Source of the DNA: Octopus vulgaris
Taxonomy: Eukaryota
Direction of reading: 5' to 3'
Length of the DNA: 64,000 nt
NCBI GenBank assembly: GCA_951406725.2
Contig: OX597833.1
Coordinates: 52,328,001-52,392,000 of the forward strand
Shown here piece by piece: positions 1 to 12,218 of the stretch. Numbering within the stretch: the stretch's first letter is position 1; each line of letters begins with the position of its first letter. The position numbers and the translations under genes are program-made. The notes below the pieces were generated by a model that saw only the letters and a list, made by a program, of their open reading frames with translations, did no database searches and was not told the DNA's origin.

Positions 1-515
1 TAAACGGATTAAGTCGATTACATCGACCCCAGTGTGTAACTGGTACTTATTTAATCGACCCCGGAAGGATGAAAGGCAAAGTTGACCTCGGCGGAATTTG
101 AACTTAGAACGTAACGGCAGACGAAATACCTATTTCTTTACTACCCACAGAGAGGACAAACAAGGACAGACAAACGGATCAAGTCGATTGCATCGACCCC
201 AGTACGTAACTGGTACTTATTTAATCGACCCCGAAAGGATGAAAGGCAAAGTCGACCTCGGCGGAATTTGAACTCAGAACGAAGCAGCAGACGAAATACC
301 TATTTCTTTACTACCCACAAGGGGCTAGGGCAAACAAGGACAGACAAACGGATTAAGTCGATTACATCGACCCCAGTGCGGAACTGGTACTTAATTTATT
401 CGACCCCGAAAGGATGAAAGGCAAAGTCGACCTCGGCGGAATTTGAACTCAGAACGTAACGGCAGACGAAATACGGCTAAGCATTTCGTCCGGCGTGCTA
501 ACGTTTCTACCAGCT
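1..515 (-). mobile_element. SINE family A, head plus tandem headless units (concatemer, runs off the window start)
   Basis: Reverse complement of ...GAGTTCAAATTCCGCCGAGGTCGACTTTGCCTTTCATCCTTTCGGGGTCGAT... occurs three times. Units are joined by GTAAAGAAATAGG|TATTTCGTC at ~120-141 and ~290-311. Confidence 0.9.
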
Positions 516-942
516 TGTGTTCACTCTTTACGAGAATACAGTAGGCCGACCTGATCGGAATTTAAGCTGAGGGCTTAAAGCAGGTCGAAATGCCGCTAAG
601 CATTTTATCTGCCACGCTAACAGTCTACTAACTCATCGCCTTGACTTTTGTATTTTGAAGTCGCCGTAGATTGAAAGTAAATAATGAACGTTCTTAATCA
701 ATTCTCGATCATTATTTTCAGGGGGAGTTCTCAACATGATTTGATCAATCTCGGTGAAACAAGTCACCAATCTGTTTATATAGTCATCAGATCTAATAGC
801 TTCAGAGAAGAGAAACCATTGGTTTGCATAATATAACAACTTAACACTCTATTTATATGGCATTTTTTTTAGGCCAAGGAATAAATACTGAGACGCATTA
901 CATAGAGAACAACAAACCTTAGGAGACCAAGGTTCATATCCT

Positions 943-1174
943 ATTTCTTTACTACCCACAAGGGGCTAAACACAGAGGAGACAAACAAGGACAGACAAAC
1001 GGATTAAGTCGATTACATCGACCCCAGTACGTGACTGGTACTTAATTTATCGACCCCGAAAGGATGAAAGGCAAAGTCGACCTCGGCGGAATTTGAACTC
1101 ACAACGTAACGACAGACGAAATACGGCTACGCCTTTCGTCCGGCTTGCTAACGCTTCTGCCAGCTCGCCGCCTT
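943..1174 (-). mobile_element. SINE family A, full-length with 19-bp TSD
   Basis: Minus-strand head GGCGGCGAGCTGGCAGAAGCGTTAGC (A-box-like) and GAGTTCAAATTCC (B-box-like). Flanked by AGACCAAGGTTCATATCCT (924-942) and AGACCATGGTTCATATCCT (1175-1193). Confidence 0.92.
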
Positions 1175-1299
1175 AGACCATGGTTCATATCCTGTCATCC
1201 GTACCGTACTGTCTTTCTCTACAACACTCAGTTAATCTTAACAATCCAGTTCAGTTCGCTGTATGTAGGTGCGACTGTTTGGTATATAAATAATATAAT

Positions 1300-1553
1300 A
1301 AATAAATGCGCCCTTTTAGAGCCTAGCCAGGCTCATGGGCCCGGTTTCCCGGTTTCAAGGGCGTATGTATTCCCCAGCTGGACAAGACGCCAGTCCGTCG
1401 CAGCGTTACTCATTTTCCCCAGCTGAGTGGACTAGAGCAACGTGAAATGAAGTGTTTTGCTCAAGAACACAACGCGTCGCCCAGTCCAGGAATCGAAACC
1501 ACAATCTTACGATCATGATGCTGACACCCTAACCACTAAGCCACGCGCCTCCA
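1300..1553 (-). mobile_element. tRNA-derived SINE family C (body M + tail X)
   Basis: Minus strand: head GGAGGCGCGTGGCTTAGTGGTTAGG...GGTTTCGATTCC (A/B boxes), body TTGTGTTCTTGAGCAAAACACTTCATTTCAC, tail GAAACCGGGAAACCGGGCCCATGAGCC, then an AT-rich end. Confidence 0.88.
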
Positions 1554-1910
1554 TGCAACTGTTTGACATGCTTACAAGTGATGACTGGCGATGAATTTGC
1601 AGAGTTGTTAGCAAATCGGATAAAACGCCACGCGGTATTTGTTCTGACGTTCGATCCTATAGAGAGCAACTTTGCATTTTATTACTTCATTACTTATCCA
1701 ATAAAATTTATACTAATCCGAGGCAGCGGATTAACGCAACGACAAGAACGTTGTGGTATTTATTCTGATTATGATTTTTAAAATCCGGCAGTAGTCTTCT
1801 TGGGTGATAGACTTAATCCGTCACCCAGTTTTAACCGCCCTTCTTGGTACATTGGGTGCCTTCAACAGAGTCCATTGTGTTGCAAGCATTTGTATCGTGT
1901 CTCTGGTCTG

Positions 1911-2490
1911 AGGATATTTTCTGTTTCACCTCAATCTATTTCACAGTGTTGGAAACTCTGTAAATAGTCAAGGATATTGATCTTCCCATCTGTCTAAACG
2001 ATTAACGATAAAACTCGAAGTGGAGAATTTCTTTGCGTTGCAGTACCCTCTCCCCGTATCGTCTTTTTCTCTCTTGTTTTAAATTCGCTTCTTTCTCTCT
2101 CCCTCCTCTGTTATTTATGACAACCTTAACCCTAAAAGCCTAACCCTAGCCCTAAAACCTTAACCCTAACCCTAACCCTAAAACCTTAAAGCTAAAACCA
2201 GTACAAATGCACGTACGATGTCATAAATAACAGTGACAAACTAAATATACACCGCCGATAGTTGTTGTTGACAGTAATTTTATTCAGCTGAATACACGTC
2301 ATTGATTGGTTGAAATTACCGAAATAGGACAACTCTAACGTGAAATAACTTCGTAAATATAAGTTTTTCTCAAAAATGCTAAGAGTAAAAGATGTTTTAT
2401 ATGACACATTCTACCAGTGTCCGAAGTTTGAAAGTGTTTAGTTACAAAAAATTATTTTTTAAAATCTGTCGGTCAAAAGGTAAAGATCCG
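1911..2490. mobile_element. MITE-like element with GGATC-type termini and internal telomere-like (CCCTAA) repeats
   Basis: Right end GTCGGTCAAAAGGTAAAGATCCG; degenerate left end GGATATTTTCTGTTTCACC; CCCTAA-like tract at ~2124-2190. Internal block (ATTGATTGGTTGAAATT...CACATTCTACCAGT...CGAAGTTT) is shared with 37006, 44906 and 47260. Confidence 0.65.
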
Positions 2491-3532
2491 TGTAGCCATC
2501 ATTCCTTCGATAGGAAGCATGAAGGTTGAATTGCCAGAACTAAGGCGTATACTAAGGCCCACTAATGCGTGTAAGTTCGTGTTGTCTGATATCCAACTAG
2601 ATGCATGTTTGTACTGCAGGACTTTGTCGAACTTTTGGGAGGTACGTTACTTTGATGGCTAATGATGACGATCATTTGGAAAATACAGGGCTCTGTGATG
2701 AAATATTTTTAGTGAAATAATGTTCGGTTTGAGCGGCTGAACAACGGATAAATCACTGAGACTACCCAACGAGCTTTACCACTGTAAAAGAGACTTGTTT
2801 TCACCACCCCATCCGCATCTTCCCAGCTGTCTACAGCAACTATGAGTAATCAAGAAATATTCCTATTTGTCTGACAATTTTAGGCCCAGATCTCTGTTAA
2901 ACATAGTGCGGGAAGCGTACAGATAATCTGGGAAAATGAGTGAGAGGTCAGGAGTGAACAAAAAAAAAAATAAAATAAAATAAAAGCGAGGGTGAGAGAA
3001 ATAGAAAACAGAAAGGAAAGGCTGATAATTTAGATGGGTTAATTAGCGTGCACGTAATCATTTCCTACTTAAGTTAATCACTCTGGATTCGTGTAGATGT
3101 ATGTATGGCAGTGTGCATGAGTGAATGTACATATGTGTTTATGCCGTTTGTGATTTCGTGTGTGAATGTGTGTCTGTGTAGCGGGAAGGAATTTGTAAAT
3201 GTGAATAGTTAAGCTGTATCACTGTATCTGTGTATATAAATGAATTTATGCGGATGTCTATAAGCTTTGTTTAAATTGAAGTCTCACAGAATGTATATCT
3301 ATTTGCGTGCAACCTGATATTTTATTAATTGATTTTGCGTATACGTCAGTGAGAAGATGCAAATATATGTGCGATTCGTAAGTGTTTGACTGTGACTGTG
3401 CCTGGAACTTCCTATTTTGATATCGGTTTTTGTGTTCATTTATGTTTACAAACAGAGGCAGTTGTTAATAGTAATCCTTATTGTTTCTCACGTAAGCACA
3501 AGTCCTGAGGTTTAGACAGAGGGGTTTCCAAA

Positions 3533-4505
3533 GGCGGTGGTGAGCAGGCAGAAACGTTAGCGGCGCCGGGCGAAATGCTTAGCGGTGTTTCGTCTGCCGC
3601 TACGTTCTGAGTTCAAATTCCGTCGAGGTCAACTTTGCCTTTCATCCTTTCGGGGTCGATAAATTAAGTACCAGTTACGCACTGGGCTCGATATAATCGA
3701 CTTAGTCCGTTTGTCTGTACTTGTTTGTCCCCTCTATGTTTAGCTCCTTGTGGGTAGTAAAGAAATAGGCATTTCGTCTGCCGTTACGTTCTGAGTTCAA
3801 ATTCCACCGAGGTCAACTTTGCCTTTCATCCTTTCGGGGTCGATTAAATAAGTACCAGTTACGCACTGGAGTCGATATAATCGACTTAATCCGTTTGTCT
3901 GTACTTGTTTGTCCCCTCTATGTTTAGCCCCTTGTGGGTAGTAAAGAAATAGGCATTTCGTCTGCCGTTACGTTCTGAGTTCAAATTCCGCCGAGGTCAA
4001 CTTTGCCTTTCAACCTTTCGGGGCCGATAAATTCAGTACCAGTTACGCACTGGGCTCGATATAATCGACTTAATCCGTTTGTCTGTCCTTGTTTGTCCTC
4101 TCTGTGTTTAGCCCCTTTTGGGTAGTAAAGAAATAGGCATTTCGTCTGCCGTTACGTTCTGAGTTCAAATTCCACCGACGTCAACTTTGCCTTTCATACT
4201 TTCGGGGTCGATAAATTAAGTACCAGTTACGCACTGGGCTCGATATAATTGACTTAATCCGTTTGTCTATCCTTGTTTGTCCTCTCTGTGTTTAGCCCCT
4301 TTTGGGTAATAAAGAAATAGGTATTTCGTCTGCCGCTACGTTCTGAGTTCAAATTCCGCCGAGGTCAACTTTGCCTTTCATCCTTTCGGGGTCGATAAAT
4401 TAAGTACCAGTTACGCACTGGAGTCGATATAATCGACTTGATCCGTTTGTTTGTCCTTGTTTGTCCTCTCTGTGTTTATCCCCTCGTGGGTAGTAAAGAA
4501 ATAGG
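3533..4505 (+). mobile_element. SINE family A head followed by five tandem 184-bp units
   Basis: Single head at 3533. Unit starts at 3587, 3771, 3955, 4139 and 4323 (period 184). Confidence 0.93.
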
Positions 4506-4517
4506 TTTTATATTTTA

Positions 4518-4776
4518 CATCATGAATCGGAAGCTACGGTTCTTTGGCCACGTCATGCGCCGGGATGGACTTGAGCGAACGATCATAACTGGCAAGGTGA
4601 ATGGTAGACGTAAAGGAGGCAGACCACCCTCATTTCTTGACTGAAAGACATCGCAGCCACAGAATTGTCTTTATTCTCCAGCTGTCCATGGGGTAGAGGA
4701 CAGGAGAAGGTGGCAAGACATCGTAATGACCACAGCATCGCATAGTGCGACACCTGACTAGGATGATGATGATGAT
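4518..4776 (+). mobile_element. RTE-clade LINE 3' end (5'-truncated)
   Basis: Translates as RKLRFFGHVMRRDGLERTIITGKVNGRRKGGRP, typical of the RTE ORF C-terminus. After a frameshift it gives EDRRRWQDIV, then a (GAT)n tail. Confidence 0.85.
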
Positions 4777-4784
4777 ATATTTTC

Positions 4785-5010
4785 CGGTGAGCTGGCAGAA
4801 TCATTAACACGCCGGGCGAAATACTTACCGGTATTTCGTCTGCGTTACGTTGTGAGTTCAAATTCCGCCGAGGTCGACTTTGCCTTTCATCCTTTCGGGG
4901 TCGATAAATTAAGTACGAGTTACGCACTGGGGTCGATGTAATCGACTTAAAACCTATGTCTGTCCTTGTTTGTCCCCTCTGTGTTTAGCCCCTTGTGGAT
5001 AATAAAGACA
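4785..5010 (+). mobile_element. SINE family A
   Basis: Head GGTGAGCTGGCAGAATCATTAAC, B-box GAGTTCAAATTCC, tail CCCTTGTGGATAATAAAG. Confidence 0.9.
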
Positions 5011-5811
5011 TCGATATATTTTACCAACCGTCAAAGGCAAAGCCTCGGCGGCCACTCGACAAGAACGTCTTTTTAGAATAGGTCAGCATTCACCTTGTGA
5101 CTGTATTCAGTCAGAAAATGGACAACGAACCGAAGGTCAACGTCGTGTCCAGTGTCTTTCATGGTGGCTTCTATATTTCATAATTCCATTTATTGTAGGG
5201 CTAGCTTATGGGCAGATATGCAACTCACTAGTCTAGCTTGTCCCCTTATCTTGTCATCGGTTTCAAACTTGAATAATATACCAGAATATACTTGCTCCGC
5301 CCAATAGGGGGAGATTTTATTCTACGTATTCGAAGCCTTCAAGTCTTCTTCTCAAACACATGAAAAGATGCTGTAACGAAATGTTGCCAAATGGCTGTTC
5401 GTTCACTCAGATAACCCAAGGATACCGTTCAACTATTGCAGCGAACTTTTGGAAAGGCTGGATTCCACCCATGTTGCTGACATTAAGAATTACAGAAAAT
5501 TGCTGAATCATTTTCGTCTGAGAAAATGCGAACGTGTGCTATATTTGCTAATGTTGTTGTTGTTGTTGTTGTTGCTCCTGTTGAGGTTATTATGCTTGCG
5601 TTGCTGCAAAAATATTTTTTGCTGATTTTCTTTTTTGTCATCATTTTTGATGTGGTTTCGTTACGTGCACCGCATTCTCATTTTGTATAGACAAGCAAGA
5701 ATCAAAATATAATCAAAACCATTCTCCTTTCAAACCTCTACAGACAAACTTCCAGGCTGGTTAAAATTTCCTTGCATAACGATAAATGAGAAAAAAAAAA
5801 AAATTCCCATA

Positions 5812-5973
5812 GGCGCAGGAGTGGCTGTGTGGTAAGTAGCTTGCTTACCAACCACATGGTTCCGAGTTCAGTCCCACTGCGTGGCACCTTCGGAAAGTGT
5901 CTTCTATAGCCTCGGGCAAACCAAAGCCTTGTGAGTGGATTTGGCAGACGGAAACTGAAATAATTCCCTCGTA

Positions 5974-6030
<57 letters not shown>

Positions 6031-6217
6031 TTGTCCCCCCAATATCATCGCTTGACAACCGATGCTGGCGTGTTTACCTCCCTGTAACGTAGCGGTTCGG
6101 CAAAAGAGACCGATAGAATAAGTACTAGGCTTACAAAGAATAAGTCCTGGGGTCGATTGGCTCGACTAAAGACGGTGCTCCATCATGGCCACAGTCAAGT
6201 GACTGAAACAAGTAAAG
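5812..6217 (+). mobile_element. SINE family B (tRNA-type head, CORE-like CACCTT(C/G)GG.AAGTGTC, internal (TA)n(TG)n)
   Basis: GGCGCAGGAGTGGCTGTGTGGTAAG...GAGTTCAGTCCC head, internal microsatellite, tail GACTGAAACAAGTAAAG. Many near-identical copies occur in the window. Confidence 0.9.
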
Positions 6218-6393
6218 TCAAGTTATATTGACTTCAGGACACCAACTTGCGCACATATTTTTGTGATGCTTATGCCTGGTTTGCACTTATCATACGAGTA
6301 GTGATGATGGGTACATTGGTCTTCGAACATTTGCAGAGGGGTTAGTCGAGTACCTCAGCATCACTTAGATGTCGTGTGCCGCTCTCCCATTCA

Positions 6394-6394
6394 A

Positions 6395-6454
<60 letters not shown>

Positions 6455-6623
6455 AAAGAAAATGAGAAAAAGAAGAAGATGAAAAGAAGAAGTAGAGGAA
6501 GGTGAAGAAGAAGATGAAGAAAGTGAAGAAGAGGAAGAAGAAAAGAAGAAAAAGAAGGTGAAGAAGAAAAGAAGGAGAAAAGAAGAGGAAGAAGAAGAGG
6601 AAGAGGATGAAGAAGAGTAAGAA

Positions 6624-6695
<72 letters not shown>

Positions 6696-6972
6696 AACAA
6701 CAACAATAACAACAACAGCATCAACAACAACCACAACAACAATAATGGCAACGGGCAGCATCAGTAATAAAGACTGTACGAGTGTAACCGAGATATGACA
6801 TCATCATCAACATTACCATCATCCGCCCCCACCTCTTCTTCCTCCTCCTCCTCCTCCTCATCATCATCATCATAATCATCATCATCATCATAATCATCAG
6901 CATCAGGATCATTAGTAGTAACATCACCATCATCAGTACTATTGTCGTCATCACGGTAATTATCACCATCAC
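6394..6972. repeat. Compound trinucleotide microsatellite (TAG)n-(AAG)n-(TAG)n-(CAA)n-(CAT)n
   Basis: Directly visible. Confidence 0.95.
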
Positions 6973-7399
6973 TGTCTGAGTGGAAAGGAAAACAGGTTAA
7001 TAAGAATAAAGTAGCTGAAACTGCGGTCCGATTAAGTTATATTTAAGGATAGAGAATACTTAGAGAGAGAATTGCAACATAATGTCAATTAAATAATTTC
7101 TAGATCAGAGAGTTTGGCCCAGAAAGAGGTGGGATAAGGATGTAAGTGGATCATAGTAACCACTAAATGCTTAATGAGATAGAATTTCATTGTATGTAGC
7201 CTTTATAATTCTTTCGTTCTTTATTTCTTTCTATCTTTATTTTACACTTTCTCTACAAATTTTCCCTCGCTTTCTTCTCCCCTCCTCATGCAAGTAGCTT
7301 GCTTATCAACCACATGGTTCCCCGTTCAGTCCCACAGCGTGGCACCTTGGGCAAGTGTCTTCTGCTATAGCCTCCGGCCGACGAAAGCCTTGTGACATG

Positions 7400-7815
7400 T
7401 GACCGCGTGTGTACCGTTGGCGATTTTTTCCCTCCGTCTTCCCTTCTTTGGATCTTTCCTTTTCCTATGTTTCTGACGAAGAGCTCCGCTCAAAACGTTA
7501 AACCCTCCTTTCCTTCTTTCCTGAGCGTCCAATAATACTATACTTGTTCCACGTCCTCGCGTTGTTGTGTTTTCTCTTTGTGTTTTCATGTTTGGATTAA
7601 CTATATATACATATTTTCAAAATGTAAAACATGTGAATTGTGACCGATTTTCTTTCTCCGTCTTCCCTTCTATTGGAGTTTCCTGTTTCCGAAGGAGAGC
7701 GTCTGCTCGAAACATAAAGCCATCTTTCTTTCCTTCCCTGAGTGTCTGCTAATATTTTATATGTGCCCCGACCTCGTGTTGTTGCTTTTTTGTGTTTGTT
7801 CTTTTTGGGATTTAC
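7400..7815 (+). mobile_element. Two related short elements (Penelope-LTR/retrozyme-like), each with a decayed hammerhead motif and ending at (TA)n
   Basis: gttt-CTGACGA-A-GAGC-tcc-GCTC-AAAA-CG-TT-aaac (7469-7503) and gttt-CCGAAGG-A-GAGC-gtct-GCTC-GAAA-CA-TA-aagc (7685-7720). Both end GGATT(A/T)AC(TA)n. Confidence 0.65.
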
Positions 7816-8537
7816 TATATATACATATATATTACATATATATATAAATACACACACACATATATATATATCTATATAAATGTACACACACATACACACA
7901 TAGATGTATATACATACATACATACTTACATACATACATACATACATACATTACATACATACATAAATGCCCAATAGCGAACGTACATTGAACAAAACAA
8001 AAGAAAAAAGACGCCATGTCAAAACTGAACGCCATTAACCCAGCAGACGACAATTGCCTTGCAAGGAGCTTTCACGCTTATGCTATTCAAATATCAATAG
8101 AAGCTGCTTTGTTATATTGCAAACCACTAGATTACGGCTGTCGGTGTTGCTTAGGATATTTTTTTGCAGGAGTGGGTGGACAGGGTTGATGCTTATATTT
8201 ATATTAATTGCATTAACAAATAAATAAAGTATGCATCTATGATGAATAACGAAATTCATAATACATTGTTGCTGTTGTTACTGCTACTACATGAAAAAAT
8301 TAATACATTTATGTAAAGAAATATATTTTTTAATAATTAATAATCGACAGAATTTAAAGTGATTCCAAGGCCGATGCAGGAAGCTTTCGGCAGTTCAAAC
8401 GTACATTACGTCTTTTTTACTCAAATGTATCATGCGAGCTCTACAAGTGTATTGAGCATTCTGTTTCTCAATTGCGTTTTGAAATGTAAATCCTTATACA
8501 CACACAAATGCACACTAACTCTGTCTCTCTCTCTCTC

Positions 8538-8592
<55 letters not shown>

Positions 8593-8615
8593 AACACATC
8601 TGTCTATGTTTAGAA

Positions 8616-8653
<38 letters not shown>

Positions 8654-8687
8654 GTATGCACATGCATACATAGATACGTATATATAT

Positions 8688-8895
8688 AACGGTAAGCTTT
8701 ATGAAAATAGACAAAAGACGAAGGCAGGTTTACGGAAATAAACAAAAGACGAAGGCAGGTGGAATATAAACAAACAATTGTATTAGTATGGCGCTCAGGA
8801 AATATAAATGAAACAAGTCTTTAACGTTTCGAGCCTACGCTCTTCAACAGAAAGATACACAGAGAAAAAAAACACAGAAAGAAGGAGAGAAAAAC
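8688..8895 (-). mobile_element. Short hammerhead-bearing element embedded in (TA)n
   Basis: Homologous to 10040-10240 (AAACAAAAGACGAAG.CAGGTGG...GTATTAGTAT..CGCTCAGGAA). Both flanks are TA tracts. Confidence 0.7.
8818..8855 (-). ncRNA. Minimal type I hammerhead ribozyme-like motif, CUGU core variant
   Basis: Minus strand: UCUUU-CUGUUGA-A-GAGC-guag-GCUC-GAAA-CG-UU-AAAGA. Stem I (5 bp) and stem II (4 bp) pair perfectly. Confidence 0.6.
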
Positions 8896-8911
8896 ATATA
8901 TATATATATTT

Positions 8912-9243
<332 letters not shown>

Positions 9244-9765
9244 GCTTCATTTTATATGAAGTTAAATATAAAAAGGATTTAATATCAAACTGGTAACGAC
9301 GACCATCACAAAAATCTAAATCATGGTCTTTTCATTATGCAAACTTCACATATACACACACACATATATATGTACATGCATATATATATATATATATACA
9401 CACACACATATATATATATATATATACACACACACATACATACATAATTACATACAAACATACATACATACACGCAAACGCACACAGGCACAAGCGCGCA
9501 TACACATAAACAAACAAGCACACATACATATATCGCCTGCTATAAAATTAATTTGTATCTGTGTGTATATATATATATATATATATATCTAAAAGACACA
9601 TCTAAACATCTCCGTAGCAAAAGTCAGCGTTATAACCTTGAAATATCAAGTGAGTGGTTGTGAAGATACCTGTTTTGAAATTTTTGGCTCTACTTAGGTG
9701 TCAGGCACACTGTCTCGTGCTTTCTTCTGGAAAGGTCGTTCACCAGGAGTGAAGCTGTCGACCAG

Positions 9766-9798
9766 TGACGTCATAAAATTGCGTAACAGTAAAATGGC
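9766..9798. promoter_or_regulatory. Candidate motif cluster: CRE, C/EBP-like and YY1-like sites
   Basis: TGACGTCA (9766-9773), TTGCGTAA (9779-9786) and AAAATGGC (9791-9798) lie within 33 bp of a non-repetitive island. Motif match only. Confidence 0.3.
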
Positions 9799-9916
9799 AA
9801 CGTAAATTATAGTACGAGCTCATAATGCATATTCACGTGTTTCAAACATACGTATACATACATGTATACATGCTTGCACATACAAAATTTCGTGTGTTTG
9901 CGCGAGTGAATGAAGC

Positions 9917-9986
<70 letters not shown>

Positions 9987-9987
9987 T

Positions 9988-10039
<52 letters not shown>

Positions 10040-10042
<3 letters not shown>

Positions 10043-10240
10043 AGAGTTTACGAAAAAAACAAAAGACGAAGACAGGTGGTGTACAAAACAAACAGATGTA
10101 TTAGTATAACGCTCAGGAATAGAAAAAGTCTTGTACGTTTCGAGCCTATGCTCTTCTACAGAAAGGGACACAGAAAAAACAAGGAGAGAAAAAAAATGTG
10201 TGTAGTGGCTAACGATCTATCATGGCGACTGGCGACTGAT
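10040..10240 (-). mobile_element. Second copy of the CUGU-hammerhead element, abutting (TA)n
   Basis: Minus strand: ccuuu-CUGUAGA-A-GAGC-auag-GCUC-GAAA-CG-UA-caaga at ~10129-10166. Confidence 0.7.
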
Positions 10241-10619
10241 AAGCGTATATATACATACATATAAGCTTGTGTGTGTGTGTGTGTGTGTGTGTAGGTTAAC
10301 GCTACTGTGATAAGAGTGATGCTAGTGTGATAAGAGAATGCAGGAATCGATATCTCATCAGGCAGCGAATCTGCTCTGTAGAAGATTTTGGACCGCTCCA
10401 TCATGACATCAAAGGTGCCCCCTGCCATCTGTTGATGTAGGTGACAAAACTCTCGCACACAAGCAATAGATCTACTGAATTAGAAGTTGCAACTCTGGGC
10501 CAGATGTTTCTAACCATCCAATTGCTTATGTTTGCTGTAAAACTCATCCTTTCTCCCCTCTCTCCTCTCTCTTTCTTCCTCTCTCTCTCTCTCTCTCCAC
10601 ACACATACACACACATATA

Positions 10620-10860
10620 GTTAATCCAAAAAAGAAAAGCCGAAGAACAAACACAAGAAGAAAAAACCAACAGGTGGACGTGGTACATGCAAAGTATTAG
10701 CAGACGCCTAGGGAAGGAAAGAAAGGTAGTTTTACACTTCGAGCAAAGCTCTTCGTCAGAAACAGGAGACGGAGAAAAGACCAAGAGAGAAGAAAGACGG
10801 AGGAAAAAAATCGCCAACGATCCACATGTGCTTACATTTTGAAATGACCGGAAAGGAATG
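10620..10860 (-). mobile_element. Hammerhead-bearing element of the 7400 family
   Basis: Minus strand: guuu-CUGACGA-A-GAGC-uuu-GCUC-GAAG-UG-UA-aaac (10729-10763). Ends GGATTAACTATA like 7595-7606. Confidence 0.65.
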
Positions 10861-11326
10861 GGTGAAGAAAAAGTTCTTTCTAAGACAGGAGAGTGTAAGA
10901 GAAGAAAGTATCTGTATGCATGTGTGGGTATGGGCGTGCGGGCAAGTCTGTGTGTGTGTGCGTGTGTGTGCGTATGTGTAATAGCATGTGTGTACATGTG
11001 TATATGTGTGTTGCGTGTGGTGTTTGTGTGGTGTTGGCTGTTTATATGTGTATGTGTAAGTGAACTTTGTGTTTCTTAATGTTGTAGGAAGAAGCATAGT
11101 AACAGGAGTGGTGGTCTTTTGTGTAGTTGTGTGTGTGTTCACATGTGCGTAAAGGAATGGTCTTGCTTTAATGTTTAGCTATATGTAAAAACAGTTTAAC
11201 AATTAACTGAAGAATTAATCAATACTTTTCAGTAGACCTTGAGCGCGTGCGCACGTGAATGTTCGTGTTGAAAAGATATATTTACTTGTATGTGTGTATA
11301 TATATATATATATATATTATTCTTAA

Positions 11327-11543
11327 CCCTTTCGTTACTGTATTTATGCTCTGTGTTTCTTTCAATTACTTTAAATATAACAAAAAATTTAGTAAATAAC
11401 TTAGTTATCATTAAGCTAGTGTTAGGAACATAAATTGGGATTAAGGTTTGGTGGAAGATTTTAGTTCAAAACTTATGAAAACAAGATATTTGTACTCAGT
11501 GCCAGAGCCAGAGCCAGTTTCAGCCGGGTTGGTATTGAAAGGG
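11327..11543. mobile_element. piggyBac-like MITE
   Basis: Left end TTAA|CCCTTTCGTTAC, right end GTATTGAAAGGG (imperfect TIR). The right-hand TTAA is not preserved. Confidence 0.55.
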
Positions 11544-11589
11544 GTCGACAGTGACTTCGAAGTGTCGGTCAGTTAAGTCGTCGTCAGAC

Positions 11590-11990
11590 TGGGGTAACTT
11601 AGTAACTTGGTAAGAGTGACCGATAGAAAACGTACTATAGCTAACAATAAGTACGGTACTGGTGTTGATTCGTTCGACTAAAACCATTCGAGGCTCTGTC
11701 CCAGGATGGCCATAGGCCAATGACCGTGACAAGTAAAACAAGTTATGAGGACATTAATACACCAATACTGGTTATCAAGCGGTTGTTGTTGTGGTGGTGA
11801 TAGCGGTGGTACTGGTGGGGCAGACACATACACAACGAAACACACACACACATACATGACGGGCTTCTTTCAGTTTCCGTCTACTGAAACCACTCACAAG
11901 GTTTTGGTCTTGCCCAAGACCCATGCGGTGGGACTGAACCCGGAACCATGTGGTTGGGAAACACAGTTTCTTACCACACTGTCACGCGTT
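11590..11990. mobile_element. Diverged SINE B fragments (+ strand tail, then - strand head/body)
   Basis: GACCGATAGAAAACGTACTA...CCAGGATGGCC on +; GGGCTTCTTTCAGTTTCCGTCTAC...GGGACTGAACCCGGAACCATGTGG marks the - strand copy. Confidence 0.75.
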
Positions 11991-12034
11991 TAAGCATTGG
12001 AATCCAAATAAGGAAACTTATTATCTACCTCCTT

Positions 12035-12218
12035 TCTCATCATCATCATCATCATCATCATCATCAGCGTCATCATCATCATCATCACCACCACCACCAC
12101 CACCACCACAACCACCACCGCAGCCACCATCACCGCAGCCACCACCACCGCCGCCGCCACTACCACCACCACCACCACCACCACCACAACCACCACTACC
12201 ACAACCACCACAACGACA
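12035..12218. repeat. (CAT)n-(CAC)n microsatellite
   Basis: Directly visible. Explains the poly-His/Pro/Val ORFs. Confidence 0.95.

Noticed and set aside
2124-2190. True telomere or chromosome-fusion site
   Set aside because: Short degenerate tract internal to a MITE-like element.
2495-2760. LRRILR...IFSEIMFG RTE-like words
   Set aside because: Multiple stops and weak similarity; cannot be supported without a profile search.
3587-4505. CRISPR-like or tRNA-gene array
   Set aside because: Units are near-identical 184-bp SINE bodies with no unique spacers. The 19-bp repeats at 56290 also lack spacers.
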